The translations under genes and the position numbers were made by a program. Under the pieces are notes generated by a model. The model worked only from the letters and a program-made list of their open reading frames with translations, made no database searches and had not been told where the DNA came from. From a bacterium (GTDB lineage Bacteria > Patescibacteriota > Minisyncoccia > Phycocordibacterales > Phycocordibacteraceae), in NCBI GenBank assembly GCA_021802705.1, contig JAJZRL010000002.1, positions 25,913 through 89,912 on the forward strand: a stretch of DNA of 64,000 nt, in the 5' to 3' direction. Below, piece by piece: positions 27,118 through 36,385 of the stretch. Position 1 is the stretch's first letter, and every line of letters starts with the position of its first letter.

Positions 27118-27182
27118 GTTAGGGAATTGCTGGTTTGTGCGTTTCGTCGCCCGAACAGAGATTTCGGCGTTATAGTGAACCC

Positions 27183-27557
27183 ATGCCATTCCCCCGCTCC
27201 GATTCCGAACGGTTCTCTCTACAAGATGCGGCACAACGCGCAGTCGAGAGCCATGACAAGCCGACGGAAATGCTTGATCCGGAAACGCGAAAGATGCGAG
27301 AGGAGGAACATAGCGGAATCGAGCTTACGGGAGCGGAGCTCGCTTATCTCAAGGAGATCGTTCTTGAGAAGATGGAAGAAGTCGAAGACCGTATCCGCAT
27401 GCTTGAGCGCTCCACGAAAGAACGGACTGCGTCTAATTCCTACAAAACCGAAAACGATAAGGACGCGCTTGAAAAAGAGCTTGTCTTCTTGCGGCATAAT
27501 CTTGCCGAGAAACTTCTTGGCGATACGAACGCGGAAGGGAACGGACCGAATCGCTAA
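27183..27557 (+). CDS. hypothetical coiled-coil protein
   Basis: About 124 aa, charged/coiled (ELTGAELAYLKEIVLEKMEEVEDRIRMLERSTKER). No family recognised; start uncertain. Confidence 0.3.
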   Translation: MPFPRSDSERFSLQDAAQRAVESHDKPTEMLDPETRKMREEEHSGIELTGAELAYLKEIVLEKMEEVEDRIRMLERSTKERTASNSYKTENDKDALEKELVFLRHNLAEKLLGDTNAEGNGPNR

Positions 27558-30007
27558 GGAATGTTCTCGGGCGTTAGGGTGAAGGTGTCGCCGTCCTTGA
27601 TGGCTCCGGCAAGAAGCTTCTGCGCGACAAGGTTCTCTACCTTGTCCTGGATGATGCGGCGCAACGGGCGCATGCCGAACTCTTCGTCAAAGCCGCGCTC
27701 GACGAGCCTTGCAAGCGTCGGTTCGTCTGCCGCGACGGTAATGCCCTTCCCTTTAAGCCGTTCGTTGAGGTCGGCGATGAGGAGTGTCGCGACCTGCATC
27801 GTCTCTGCTTGCGTGAGCGGCTTGAACATGGCGATGGCATCGAAACGGTTTAGGAATTCCGGACGGAATATGCCTTGTTTTTGCAACGTTTCAAGCACCC
27901 GCTCCTGAAATCCGGGGTCGTGCGCGGTACCCGCAACGAGCGATTCGCGGATGAGCTCGGCACCGGCGTTGGACGTGGCGATGATGATCGTATTCGTGAA
28001 ATCGATCGTGCGCCCGAGCGCGTCCGTCAAACGGCCGTCATCAAGCACCTGTAAAAAGAGGTTAAGGATGTCCGGATGAGCCTTTTCGACTTCATCGAGC
28101 AAGATGAGCGAGAACGGGCTGTCCATGATTGCTGTTGTGAGCGTTCCGCCCTCGTGGTCATACCCGATGAGCCGGTGCACGGAATCGGGCTGTTGGTACT
28201 CGGACATATCGAAGCGCACCATGCGTTTTTCCGAACCGAAATAGGTTGCGGCAAGCACTTTCGCGGTTTCGGTTTTACCGACCCCGGTCGGTCCGAAGAA
28301 TAAGAACGATCCTATCGGCTTTTTCGCGGATGCGATACCGGCGCGGGCGCGGCGCAATGCGTTTGCGATCGCGGATATGGCCTCGTCCTGGCCGACGACG
28401 CGCCTGTGGAGCGCCTGTTCGAGCGTGAGGAGTACGGTACGCTCCTCGTCCGATATCCTACCGATCGGTATCTGCGTCCTTTGGCGCACGACGGTTTCGA
28501 CGTGTTCCGCGGTCACGACGCCGCTCTGCTTCGTTGCGGCAAGCACAGCCGCCTCTTGTAAGAGGTCGATGGCCTTTTCCGGAAAGGGAGCATTCTTAAT
28601 GAAGCGGTCAGAGAGTTCCACCGCGGCTTTTATCGCCTGGTAGAGGATCCACACGTTATCGTGCCGCTCGATGTGCGGGATAACATCACGCAAGATGGCA
28701 TAGACATGCTCTTTGGCCGGCGCGCGCATCTCCACCTTCTCGAAGAGGCGCATGAGATCGGGGTGCGCCGCGATGCTTTCGTGATACCCCTCGTATGTCG
28801 TGAGGCCGATGATCTGTAAACGCTCGGAAGCCAGATATGGCAGGAGCACCTGTGTCGCGTCAACCGTACCCGCCGCGTGCGAGACATCGAATAAATCCTG
28901 TATATTCTCGATAAGGAGAATGATATTGCCAGCACGTATCGCTTCGTTCAGTACGGATTGCAGGCGCGCCTCTACCTCGCTCTCATTCGCAAGGTTCGCG
29001 ACAAGCACGCCGACATTGAGCTGAAGCACGCGCTTATGCGAAAGCGCGGTCAACGCTTTCCCGAGCGCGATACGCTCCGCGAGCGCCGACACGGTAAGGA
29101 GCTTCCCGATGCCCGGCTCTCCGACAAGAATGACGTTGTTCTTCCCGTCGCGCGCCAGAATACGCTCGATTGACTCCGTTTCCTCCTGACGGCCATAGAG
29201 ATGAGGAGAAAATCCTTTTCCTGCGAATTTGTTTATCTCGACAGCGTACTCCTCAAGGCGCGGCGTATAGCCCGAAGCCCAACCTCGACCGATGCTGCGC
29301 GTACGCATGAGATTGTAGGTGCTCCAAAAACGGCGCTGCTGCTTGCGGCGCGCTTCGTTTTCGGCCTGCCAATCAAGGAGAGTGCGCAAATCCGCCGCTT
29401 CGAGCTTTGCGTCGAGGAGAAATTGTTTCAGGAAAGGAGACGCTGTCGCAAGACCGGAAAAAAGATCGCGCCAGCCAAGCATCAGAGGGAGATCGCGTTC
29501 ACGGCGGTCTTCAAGACACGCTCGAAGAAACGACGGAAGTTCGTTTTCGGCGGATGTCTGTGGAAGACGCTGCAGATAGCCCTTAACGGCCTGGCGGAAG
29601 TTCTGGGGCGTCGTACCCATACGGGCAAGAACGAAATCGATCCCCGAAACCGCGAGCAAAGGAAGGAGAAGCGCGGAGATATCGCCGCGGAAAGCGCTCA
29701 CGACAACGAGCGCTTCATAATCGAGGTATTCGGCCAGATTCTCCTCCCCCGGTTCAGGCGGCGAGAACATTTCGAGATACGATTCGGAAAAGAGCGTGTA
29801 CACGAAAAGCGCATATGCGGCAACCGCAGCAAACAACGCAAGATGCCAGTTCTCCGCAGCATGCACACCGAAAAACCAGAAGCCGAAAAAGATGGCGGCC
29901 GCCAGCGTCGCGATCCCGGCTACGAAACGCGAAACCTTCGGCGGCACGACGACGCCGAGACGGACAGCGCGATAGAGACGAGTGCGTTTCGGCTTAACGT
30001 ACTCCAT
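27554..30007 (-). CDS. membrane-anchored ClpB/ClpC-like AAA+ chaperone with degenerate first nucleotide-binding domain
   Basis: The N-terminus has two TM helices. NBD1 has Walker A GEPGIGKL (Thr replaced by Leu) and Walker B LIENIQ (DE replaced by EN). NBD2 is intact: FFGPTGVGKTETAK and LILLDEVEKAH. Confidence 0.85.
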   Translation of the reverse strand: MEYVKPKRTRLYRAVRLGVVVPPKVSRFVAGIATLAAAIFFGFWFFGVHAAENWHLALFAAVAAYALFVYTLFSESYLEMFSPPEPGEENLAEYLDYEALVVVSAFRGDISALLLPLLAVSGIDFVLARMGTTPQNFRQAVKGYLQRLPQTSAENELPSFLRACLEDRRERDLPLMLGWRDLFSGLATASPFLKQFLLDAKLEAADLRTLLDWQAENEARRKQQRRFWSTYNLMRTRSIGRGWASGYTPRLEEYAVEINKFAGKGFSPHLYGRQEETESIERILARDGKNNVILVGEPGIGKLLTVSALAERIALGKALTALSHKRVLQLNVGVLVANLANESEVEARLQSVLNEAIRAGNIILLIENIQDLFDVSHAAGTVDATQVLLPYLASERLQIIGLTTYEGYHESIAAHPDLMRLFEKVEMRAPAKEHVYAILRDVIPHIERHDNVWILYQAIKAAVELSDRFIKNAPFPEKAIDLLQEAAVLAATKQSGVVTAEHVETVVRQRTQIPIGRISDEERTVLLTLEQALHRRVVGQDEAISAIANALRRARAGIASAKKPIGSFLFFGPTGVGKTETAKVLAATYFGSEKRMVRFDMSEYQQPDSVHRLIGYDHEGGTLTTAIMDSPFSLILLDEVEKAHPDILNLFLQVLDDGRLTDALGRTIDFTNTIIIATSNAGAELIRESLVAGTAHDPGFQERVLETLQKQGIFRPEFLNRFDAIAMFKPLTQAETMQVATLLIADLNERLKGKGITVAADEPTLARLVERGFDEEFGMRPLRRIIQDKVENLVAQKLLAGAIKDGDTFTLTPENIP

Positions 30008-30494
30008 GGTTGAAAAAGTCCAGAAACGAAGGAGATGTCGTCGGGATCGAGAAGTGCGGCATCGCCAAGGAAGGCGGAGCGGCAGGAGTTGTGAGGCCAA
30101 ACAAGAGAAGGAAAGGGGCCGTGAACCATAGCGCGAGGCAAACCGGCCCGAGCATAACGATGCCAAACTCAACGACGAGTCCGATCGCGATCGTGACGCA
30201 TCGTATCAACAGACCGACGATACGCGAAACGCTATTAACGATAGCGGTGCGCAGATAAAGCGTAAGGTCGAATCCGCCATAGATTTCGGTATCGCGATGC
30301 CAGGGCGCAAAGAGCGTGCGCAGGAGGAACCCGATAGAAAAGTAATTGAGGTTTGCAGCAAGGTAGTTACGCCAGATGCTGACAATATTCTTCGGCGCGA
30401 TAACGATATACCAGTATAGAAACGCGGTCGCGACGCTTCCCCCGACAGGCATCGTCGGCGAAGTACCCCTGTCTGCCTCGAGAGCGTCGTCCAT
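29994..30494 (-). CDS. hypothetical polytopic membrane protein
   Basis: About 167 aa from MDDALEADRG. Hydrophobic segments ATAFLYWYIVIAP, IGLVVEFGIVMLGPVCLALWF. Confidence 0.4.
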   Translation of the reverse strand: MDDALEADRGTSPTMPVGGSVATAFLYWYIVIAPKNIVSIWRNYLAANLNYFSIGFLLRTLFAPWHRDTEIYGGFDLTLYLRTAIVNSVSRIVGLLIRCVTIAIGLVVEFGIVMLGPVCLALWFTAPFLLLFGLTTPAAPPSLAMPHFSIPTTSPSFLDFFNHGVR

Positions 30495-30648
30495 AGATGA
30501 GCGGTTGTCTTTAAAGTATACCAACCCGTTCTCCAGGGGAGAATACGGTACCCACCACCTGCTAAAGACGCACGGATGCCAAAAGGAACTACACAGCCGG
30601 TGCATAAATCGCATATGCCCGCACACTATTTGTTGGTATCATCAAAGC

Positions 30649-31122
30649 ATGCCGCAAGTTTCCGTCTTTGAGTGGGAAGGGCGTGAATACGAACACAATC
30701 CGAAGAGCGCGGATTGGTATTGGGCTCTTGGTATCGTCGCGGTCGCAGGAACCGTGGCGCTCGTGCTCTTCGGCAATTATCTGCTCGCCGTGCTCGTCGT
30801 CGTCGCGACTGTCGCGATCGCGCTCCACGCGGCAAAGACTCCTCCCCTTCATCGCTTCCAGCTTACCGAGCACGGCCTCTTTATAGGAGAAGAGCTGCAC
30901 CCTTTCGAACGAATGCTCTCTTTTACGGTTCTTGAAGATATCGAAGGGAAACTTCCACCGATCCTTTCCATCAAGAATGAGAGCTGGCTGTCGCCTCACC
31001 TTATCGTTCCGCTTGCAGAAATCGATGTCGACGCCGTGTACGCGCTTCTTCTCAAGCATGTGGATGAGCAGGAACATCGGCATACCTTTACCGACGTAGT
31101 GGCGGCGTGGCTCGGATTCTGA
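30649..31122 (+). CDS. hypothetical membrane protein
   Basis: MPQVSVFEWEGREYEHNPKSADWYWALGIVAVAGTVALVLFGNYLLAVLVVVATVAIALHAAK has two TM helices followed by a soluble domain. Confidence 0.45.
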   Translation: MPQVSVFEWEGREYEHNPKSADWYWALGIVAVAGTVALVLFGNYLLAVLVVVATVAIALHAAKTPPLHRFQLTEHGLFIGEELHPFERMLSFTVLEDIEGKLPPILSIKNESWLSPHLIVPLAEIDVDAVYALLLKHVDEQEHRHTFTDVVAAWLGF

Positions 31123-31210
31123 TATACATCGGAACAGCTCTCTCGTGAGAGGGGCGTGCGCGTATGCGTCTCGTGCACTATACTGAAAACGTTTGCCGTG
31201 CTCTCGTAGC

Positions 31211-31282
31211 GCTCTCGTCGTTCAACGGATAGGACACCGGCTTGCGGAGCCGGCAATAGAGGTTCGATTCCTCTCGAGAGCA
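31211..31282 (+). tRNA. tRNA-Arg (GCG)
   Basis: GCTCTCGTCGTTCAACGGATAGGACACCGGCTTGCGGAGCCGGCAATAGAGGTTCGATTCCTCTCGAGAGCA. Anticodon stem CCGGC/GCCGG, loop TTGCGGA. Confidence 0.8.
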
Positions 31283-31288
31283 CCCACT

Positions 31289-31639
31289 ATGTCCCGCGTA
31301 GCCGAGTACCTTTTCGCCTTTCTTGCCGGAGGAGCATTTACTCTCATGGTAACGGCATTCGAGCTTTCGGGATTCCCGACGATTTCCCGTATCGCCGCTC
31401 TTTTTCCGGTCGTTACGTGGGTCTCGTATCTTTTCATCGGACACCTTGATGGCGCGGCAGCGGTTTCCCGGCATGCCCTCTTCGTCATGTTCGGTACGCT
31501 CGTGGCATGGATGCCTTACATGTTCATCATCTACTACTTCGCTCCCCGCATCGGCGTGACATGGTCGATAGTATCAGGCATATTCGTATTCCTGCTTCTC
31601 GCTTTCATCTTTGCACTCGTGTATAACAATGTAGCGTAG
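31289..31639 (+). CDS. hypothetical 4-TM membrane protein between two tRNA-Arg genes
   Basis: MSRVAEYLFAFLAGGAFTLMVTAFELSGFPTISRIAALFPVVTWVSYLFIGHLD... ORF 31193 starts inside the tRNA, so the internal Met is used. Confidence 0.45.
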   Translation: MSRVAEYLFAFLAGGAFTLMVTAFELSGFPTISRIAALFPVVTWVSYLFIGHLDGAAAVSRHALFVMFGTLVAWMPYMFIIYYFAPRIGVTWSIVSGIFVFLLLAFIFALVYNNVA

Positions 31640-31654
31640 CTGTTACGTCCCTTA

Positions 31655-31726
31655 CCTCTCATCGTTCAACGGATAGGACACCTCCCTCCGAAGGAGGAAA
31701 TGCAGGTTCGATTCCTGCTGAGAGGA
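31655..31726 (+). tRNA. tRNA-Arg (CCG)
   Basis: CCTCTCATCGTTCAACGGATAGGACACCTCCCTCCGAAGGAGGAAATGCAGGTTCGATTCCTGCTGAGAGGA. Anticodon loop CTCCGAA. Confidence 0.8.
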
Positions 31727-31741
31727 CCGAGAACCTCCATA

Positions 31742-31767
31742 CAAAAACCGCCGTCTGAAGACGGCGG
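31742..31767 (-). terminator. hairpin terminator downstream of the 31789..31977 gene
   Basis: Stem accgccgtc-tgaa-gacggcggt with caaaa on plus (short T-run on minus). Confidence 0.4.
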
Positions 31768-31788
31768 TTAAGAATGTGTCGCGCTTCG

Positions 31789-31977
31789 TTATTGTGCAGC
31801 AGCATCAGATTCCGATAAGCAGCTTGTCAGTTCGGTATCGCGCTGTCTAAGCTTATTCTCCTTCTCGTAGATATCATTGCAGGTACGTGAACAGACGACC
31901 CCTTCCTCATACACCGCGAACGTATAGGTGTACGACCGAGTCCCGCACCCAAGACATGGTATGCGTTCAGTCTCCAT
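31789..31977 (-). CDS. hypothetical small zinc-ribbon-like protein
   Basis: 62 aa METERIPCLGCGTRSYTYTFAVYEEGVVCSRTCNDIYEKEN with CxxC...CxxxC. Confidence 0.4.
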   Translation of the reverse strand: METERIPCLGCGTRSYTYTFAVYEEGVVCSRTCNDIYEKENKLRQRDTELTSCLSESDAAAQ

Positions 31978-32065
31978 AGGAATCTCCTTCCGAAAAGACA
32001 GGAAAAGCTCCTGATAACAGGATACCGCAGAACGTCTGCTTTAGAGAATTATGAACAGGGGTTCT

Positions 32066-32329
32066 TTAAGCCGCACGACGAATGAGTGTCGCGAGACGCG
32101 ATTTTTTACGATCAGCGGTATTGTCCTTTATGACTCCGCGCTTGCGAGCCTTATCGATAGCCGCATACGCCGCGGGAAGCAGCTTCTCAGCCCCTGAAAC
32201 ATCCTTTGCGGCAATCTTCTTTGATACCGCCTTCGTCGCGCTTCGTAGCGCGTCCTTGCGGCGCAGGTTGAAAATACGCTTCTTCTCCGAAGAGCGCGCG
32301 GCCTTTTTTGCCGAACTCGTAATTGCCAT
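32066..32329 (-). CDS. rpsT: ribosomal protein S20
   Basis: MAITSSAKKAARSSEKKRIFNLRRKDALRSATKAV...KDNTADRKKSRLATL is a typical S20. Confidence 0.85.
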   Translation of the reverse strand: MAITSSAKKAARSSEKKRIFNLRRKDALRSATKAVSKKIAAKDVSGAEKLLPAAYAAIDKARKRGVIKDNTADRKKSRLATLIRRAA

Positions 32330-32425
32330 ATGAAACTAATCTACCGCCAAGCAAGAGAAACCGCAAGCGAGACGGCGGCGGCGCTTCTTTGCCTCATAAG
32401 CGTCAAGGAATGCTAGGATAGCCTT

Positions 32426-32971
32426 ATGATCCGGCGCATCCGCGGACAAGTGATCGACACGACAGCGACAAGCGCCCTCATCGAGGTTGCCGGATTCGGC
32501 ATCGAAGTGCGTATGAATGATCCGGAAACGCTTCTCGTGGGAAGCGAGGCGCGCCTTTCGACCCACCTGGCGATCAAACAGGATGGCATGGAGCTTTACG
32601 GCTTTACGGAGACGGCTGACCGTGATTTTTTCGAGCTCATACTCTCGGTCTCCGGCATAGGCCCCAAAACGGCATTGTCTGTGCTGCGCCGCGCGCGCCG
32701 CGAAGCGCTTGAAGGCGCCATCGGCGCGCGCGATCTCGGCTACCTTACCGCCATCGTCGGGCTCGGCAAAAAAAGCGCGGAAAAAATGATCGTCGAGCTT
32801 GCCGACAAGATCGGGGCGCACGCACACGACGGCGAGGACGGCGAGGTTTTTGAAACGCTCATCGCGCTCGGATTCACCGAACGGGAAGCGCGCAAGGCGC
32901 TCCAGACGGTCCCTGACACGACGACCGGCAAGGAGGCGCGTCTCAAGGCCGCGCTCTCCGCACGAGCATGA
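32426..32971 (+). CDS. ruvA: Holliday junction DNA helicase subunit RuvA
   Basis: MIRRIRGQVIDTTATSALIEVAGFGIEV...LILSVSGIGPKTALSVL has RuvA OB and HhH domains. Confidence 0.85.
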   Translation: MIRRIRGQVIDTTATSALIEVAGFGIEVRMNDPETLLVGSEARLSTHLAIKQDGMELYGFTETADRDFFELILSVSGIGPKTALSVLRRARREALEGAIGARDLGYLTAIVGLGKKSAEKMIVELADKIGAHAHDGEDGEVFETLIALGFTEREARKALQTVPDTTTGKEARLKAALSARA

Positions 32972-34200
32972 ACCGCCGTTTGCGACGGCTCGTGCTTGCT
33001 CCCTATCACTATGCATGGGCATGGTTCGCGGCATTCCGGCATGGATTCCCCGCGAGCAACCTGGCCGTCATCGGCGTTACCGGCACCAAAGGGAAATCGT
33101 CGGTCGCCGAGATGCTTTACGCGATACTTGAGACGAGCGGGCGCAAGACGGCTCTTGCCGGAACGATCCGCTTCGCGATCGGGGACGAATCGCGGCCGAA
33201 CCTCTTCAAGATGACCCTGCCTGGCCGCGGATTCATACAGGAGTTCCTCGCCACCGCGCAAAAGAAAGGATGCACGCATGCCGTCGTCGAGATAACCAGC
33301 GAAGGAGCGCTCCAATACCGGCACCTCGGTCTCGAACTCGACGCTCTCATTTTCACCAATCTCCAGAAAGAACATATAGAGTCGCACGGTTCGATGGAGC
33401 ACTATGCCCGCGCGAAATTCAAAATCGGCGAGTCGCTCGCGAAATCGCGGAAACGCCCGCGGGCGATCATCGCGAACGCCGAATCCTCGTATGCGGCTCC
33501 GTATCTTGCGCTTCCGGTTGAGGCGCACATCCCCTTCTCTTTTGCTGATGTCGAAGAAACCTCTATTTCGGAGAACGGCATATCGTTTACGTATAAACAC
33601 GTTCTGTTCTCAATCCCTCAACCGGGCCGTTTTTCCGTGGAGAACGCTCTCGCGGCAATCAAAGCCGCGGAGTGGCTTGGCGTACCGCTTGCGACATGCG
33701 CCCAGGCGCTTGCGGCGCTTACGCACATTCCCGGACGCGCGGAACGTATCGACGTGGGCCAGGGTTTCCTGGCAATCGTCGATTACGCACATACGCCGGA
33801 TTCGTTGCGAGCGCTCTACGGCGCATTTCGGAACCGTCGAAAAATATGCGTCCTTGGCAACACCGGCGGCGGCCGCGACACGTGGAAGCGTCCAGAAATG
33901 GGGAAAATAGCCGAAGAATCATGCGACATGGTCATCCTTACGAACGAAGATCCTTATGATGAAGATCCCCGCACGATCGTAGACGCGATGGCAAGCGGCA
34001 TGCAGCGCGCGCCGGACATTATTCTGGATAGGCGCGAGGCAATACGCGCCGCGCTTCGCGCGGCGCGCACGGGCGACGCCGTGCTCGTATCCGGAAAAGG
34101 CACCGATCCGTTCATCATGGGCGCGAGCGGCTCGAAAACGCCCTGGAGCGATGCTCGGGTCGTCCGCGAAGAGCTTGAACGGCTTCTTACGCGAAACTAG
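32968..34200 (+). CDS. Mur ligase family protein, MurE-like, lacking the N-terminal domain
   Basis: VIGVTGTKGKSS P-loop about 30 aa from the start; DYAHTPDSLRAL matches the MurE-type motif. 410 aa. ATGA overlap with ruvA. Confidence 0.6.
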   Translation: MNRRLRRLVLAPYHYAWAWFAAFRHGFPASNLAVIGVTGTKGKSSVAEMLYAILETSGRKTALAGTIRFAIGDESRPNLFKMTLPGRGFIQEFLATAQKKGCTHAVVEITSEGALQYRHLGLELDALIFTNLQKEHIESHGSMEHYARAKFKIGESLAKSRKRPRAIIANAESSYAAPYLALPVEAHIPFSFADVEETSISENGISFTYKHVLFSIPQPGRFSVENALAAIKAAEWLGVPLATCAQALAALTHIPGRAERIDVGQGFLAIVDYAHTPDSLRALYGAFRNRRKICVLGNTGGGRDTWKRPEMGKIAEESCDMVILTNEDPYDEDPRTIVDAMASGMQRAPDIILDRREAIRAALRAARTGDAVLVSGKGTDPFIMGASGSKTPWSDARVVREELERLLTRN

Positions 34201-34223
34201 AGAACTCCTGGTATTATGGTCGC

Positions 34224-35201
34224 ATGCCGCAACGCGACGCCTGGATTTTCGTAGGGATATTCGTTTTCATATTCGCTGTCTGGTTCGCTCTCGGCGGCCC
34301 GACGCGTCCGCTCGATATCACGTTCCCCGCTCTCGAAAAATCAGGCGGCTCTTTCGGATTCGGACAGATGTTCGCAAGCAGCACGAACCGTTTCTCGCTC
34401 CCGCGCGCGCCTCTTGGCATCGGCAATTCGTATATATCTCTCCCCGGCTCCTCTCATGGGGCGGCTGGATTCTCAGGCAGCACGGGGATACTGCTGCCGC
34501 CCATCGTCGGCGGAACCCGTTCCGCTTCCCCGTATCAAGGGGTCGTGTCGATGAACCACTATATTTCGGGCGCCGGCTCGCAAGATCCGTCAAACGAGTA
34601 CGTCGAGATAACCGTGGCACAAAACGCGCCCGGACCCGTCGATATCACCGGATGGAGGCTTGAGAGCGATGCGACCGGAGCGGCGGCTGTCATCCCGAAG
34701 GGCACGAAAGTCCCTTTGTCCGGAATCGTTAACGCCGCGGAAGATATCGTGCTTTCTCCGGGCGAACACGCGTTTATCATTTCGGGTCAGTCTCCCATCG
34801 GAGCATCGTTCCAAGAAAATAAATGCATCGGTTATTTCAGCGATTTCCAGCAATTCCAGCCGTCCTTGCCGCAAAATTGTCCGACACCGTCGAGCGAATT
34901 GCGTTCCTTCTACGGTGCAACGTACATTCGTGACGCAGCGTGCATCGATTACGTCAATACGCTTCATCGCTGTCAGGTCATGCTTACTCCGCCGACCACC
35001 GTTTCGGGAACATGCCAGAATTTCCTCGTCACCTATCTCAATTACAACGGATGCGTCGATGCCCACAGGAACGATGCCGATTTTATGGGCGATACGTGGC
35101 ATGTTTATCTCGGTCGCACGAATTCGATGTGGCGCACCCGCTATGAAATCGTGAAGCTCGTCGATGCGCAAGGGAAACTCGTCGATGCGTTCAGCTACTA
35201 G
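34224..35201 (+). CDS. membrane-anchored lamin-tail-domain (LTD) protein
   Basis: N-terminal TM IFVGIFVFIFAVWFALGG. LTD signature NEYVEITVAQNAPGPVDITGWRLES followed by a Cys-rich C-terminal region. Confidence 0.7.
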   Translation: MPQRDAWIFVGIFVFIFAVWFALGGPTRPLDITFPALEKSGGSFGFGQMFASSTNRFSLPRAPLGIGNSYISLPGSSHGAAGFSGSTGILLPPIVGGTRSASPYQGVVSMNHYISGAGSQDPSNEYVEITVAQNAPGPVDITGWRLESDATGAAAVIPKGTKVPLSGIVNAAEDIVLSPGEHAFIISGQSPIGASFQENKCIGYFSDFQQFQPSLPQNCPTPSSELRSFYGATYIRDAACIDYVNTLHRCQVMLTPPTTVSGTCQNFLVTYLNYNGCVDAHRNDADFMGDTWHVYLGRTNSMWRTRYEIVKLVDAQGKLVDAFSY

Positions 35202-35278
35202 CAAGCATTCGACTGGAAAAATAAAACGAAAAGAGTACAGTACGAATACGCTCAGGCGGCTTGCCCGGACATTTTGAA

Positions 35279-35354
35279 GCGCCCATAGCTCAGTCGGTAG
35301 AGCAGCTCCCTTTTAAGGAGACGGTCCCAGGTTCGAGCCCTGGTGGGCGCACCA
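35279..35354 (+). tRNA. tRNA-Lys (TTT)
   Basis: GCGCCCATAGCTCAGTCGGTAGAGCAGCTCCCTTTTAAGGAGACGGTCCCAGGTTCGAGCCCTGGTGGGCGCACCA. CCA encoded. Confidence 0.9.
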
Positions 35355-35822
35355 AAACGGGCTTATTATAAGCCCACCTGTTTGTACGATTTCTTGATGG
35401 TCTGGTTCTTTCTGGTTGCGGTAATATGCAGCTTCGAGAGCCAAAAGTGCTTCGAAAATCGGAGCTGGAACGGATTTTAATAACCCCCGTCCGGTCACTC
35501 AAAATGGTCACAGAAGAATATCGTGTAGTGCCGTTTGAGGTCGGATGAGGATTTCCTGCGCAATATCCACGCTCAGCTACCGCTGGTCTTCAAGACGAAG
35601 TAACAGGACTTTTGAATGGCGCTCGAAAGGAGTAAGATACAGGGGTGCGATATGGCCTAAACCTGGCTTCGGCTGGGCATGGCTACAAAACCAATCACGG
35701 TAGAAAGCTCCTCGTCAGGAGCAACCGTGATTGGTCATGTCGGGAAACTGGCATGGGTAGCGAAAGCTATCGCCTGGCGGGGAGCTTTTTGCATTGCTCC
35801 TTGTCGTTTCTTTCAAGACGAA

Positions 35823-36383
35823 ATGACAATTTCCTCAGAACAAAAAGATTTTATAGAAAAAGAGATTCTAAGTCGCACTTTGCAGGGCGCATTTCAACGT
35901 GTGCAGATATATGACAAAAGTGCGACGAACGAAGACCGTGAACAATTTCGTGAGATAGCAAGAAATCTTTTGCGCAAAAGTTCTGTGCCGTATCGTATAC
36001 GGAAGATATCATCGCAAGAACATATAAATAACATCGACACTCTTAAAAGTGAACTGAAGATCGTAAAATTCGGCGTGGCACAAAAGCTTCTTAATCTCTA
36101 TTTGAAATGGCTGTGGTGCGCCGGGTATCTGTATGATGCTCCGCCGCACTGTCCAATCGATTCGATTATCCTTGCAAAGATTAAGACACAAGAACCCCGC
36201 TGGCCTCTTTTGAGTAAAGAACTCTACGAAGAACGAGTTAGAAAGATTAGCGAAATTGCTCAACAAGAAGGTCTCGAAATAGCTTCATGGGAATTGCGTT
36301 TCTTTAATCACTGGAATCCTGCTTATGGAGCTGGGGATAAACCCGGTAGGAAGAAATCCGAGAAGGTTTTAAAACAAAAATAA
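35823..36383 (+). CDS. hypothetical protein, first gene of the low-GC island
   Basis: MTISSEQKDFIEKEILSRTLQGAFQRVQIYDKSATNEDREQFREIARNLL... About 187 aa with AT-rich codon usage unlike flanking genes. No family recognised. Confidence 0.45.
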   Translation: MTISSEQKDFIEKEILSRTLQGAFQRVQIYDKSATNEDREQFREIARNLLRKSSVPYRIRKISSQEHINNIDTLKSELKIVKFGVAQKLLNLYLKWLWCAGYLYDAPPHCPIDSIILAKIKTQEPRWPLLSKELYEERVRKISEIAQQEGLEIASWELRFFNHWNPAYGAGDKPGRKKSEKVLKQK

Positions 36384-36385
36384 CT

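Noticed and set aside
29201-30013. 270-aa plus-strand ORF antisense to the Clp ATPase
   Set aside because: Arg/Lys-rich antisense translation; the opposite strand has Walker motifs.
31193-31639. 148-aa ORF as annotated by the track (start at 31193)
   Set aside because: Its first 30 codons overlap tRNA-Arg(GCG) on the same strand. The internal Met at 31289 directly after the tRNA is used instead.
34590-35204. 204-aa minus-strand ORF antisense to the lamin-tail-domain gene
   Set aside because: No features; the plus strand has TM and LTD signature.
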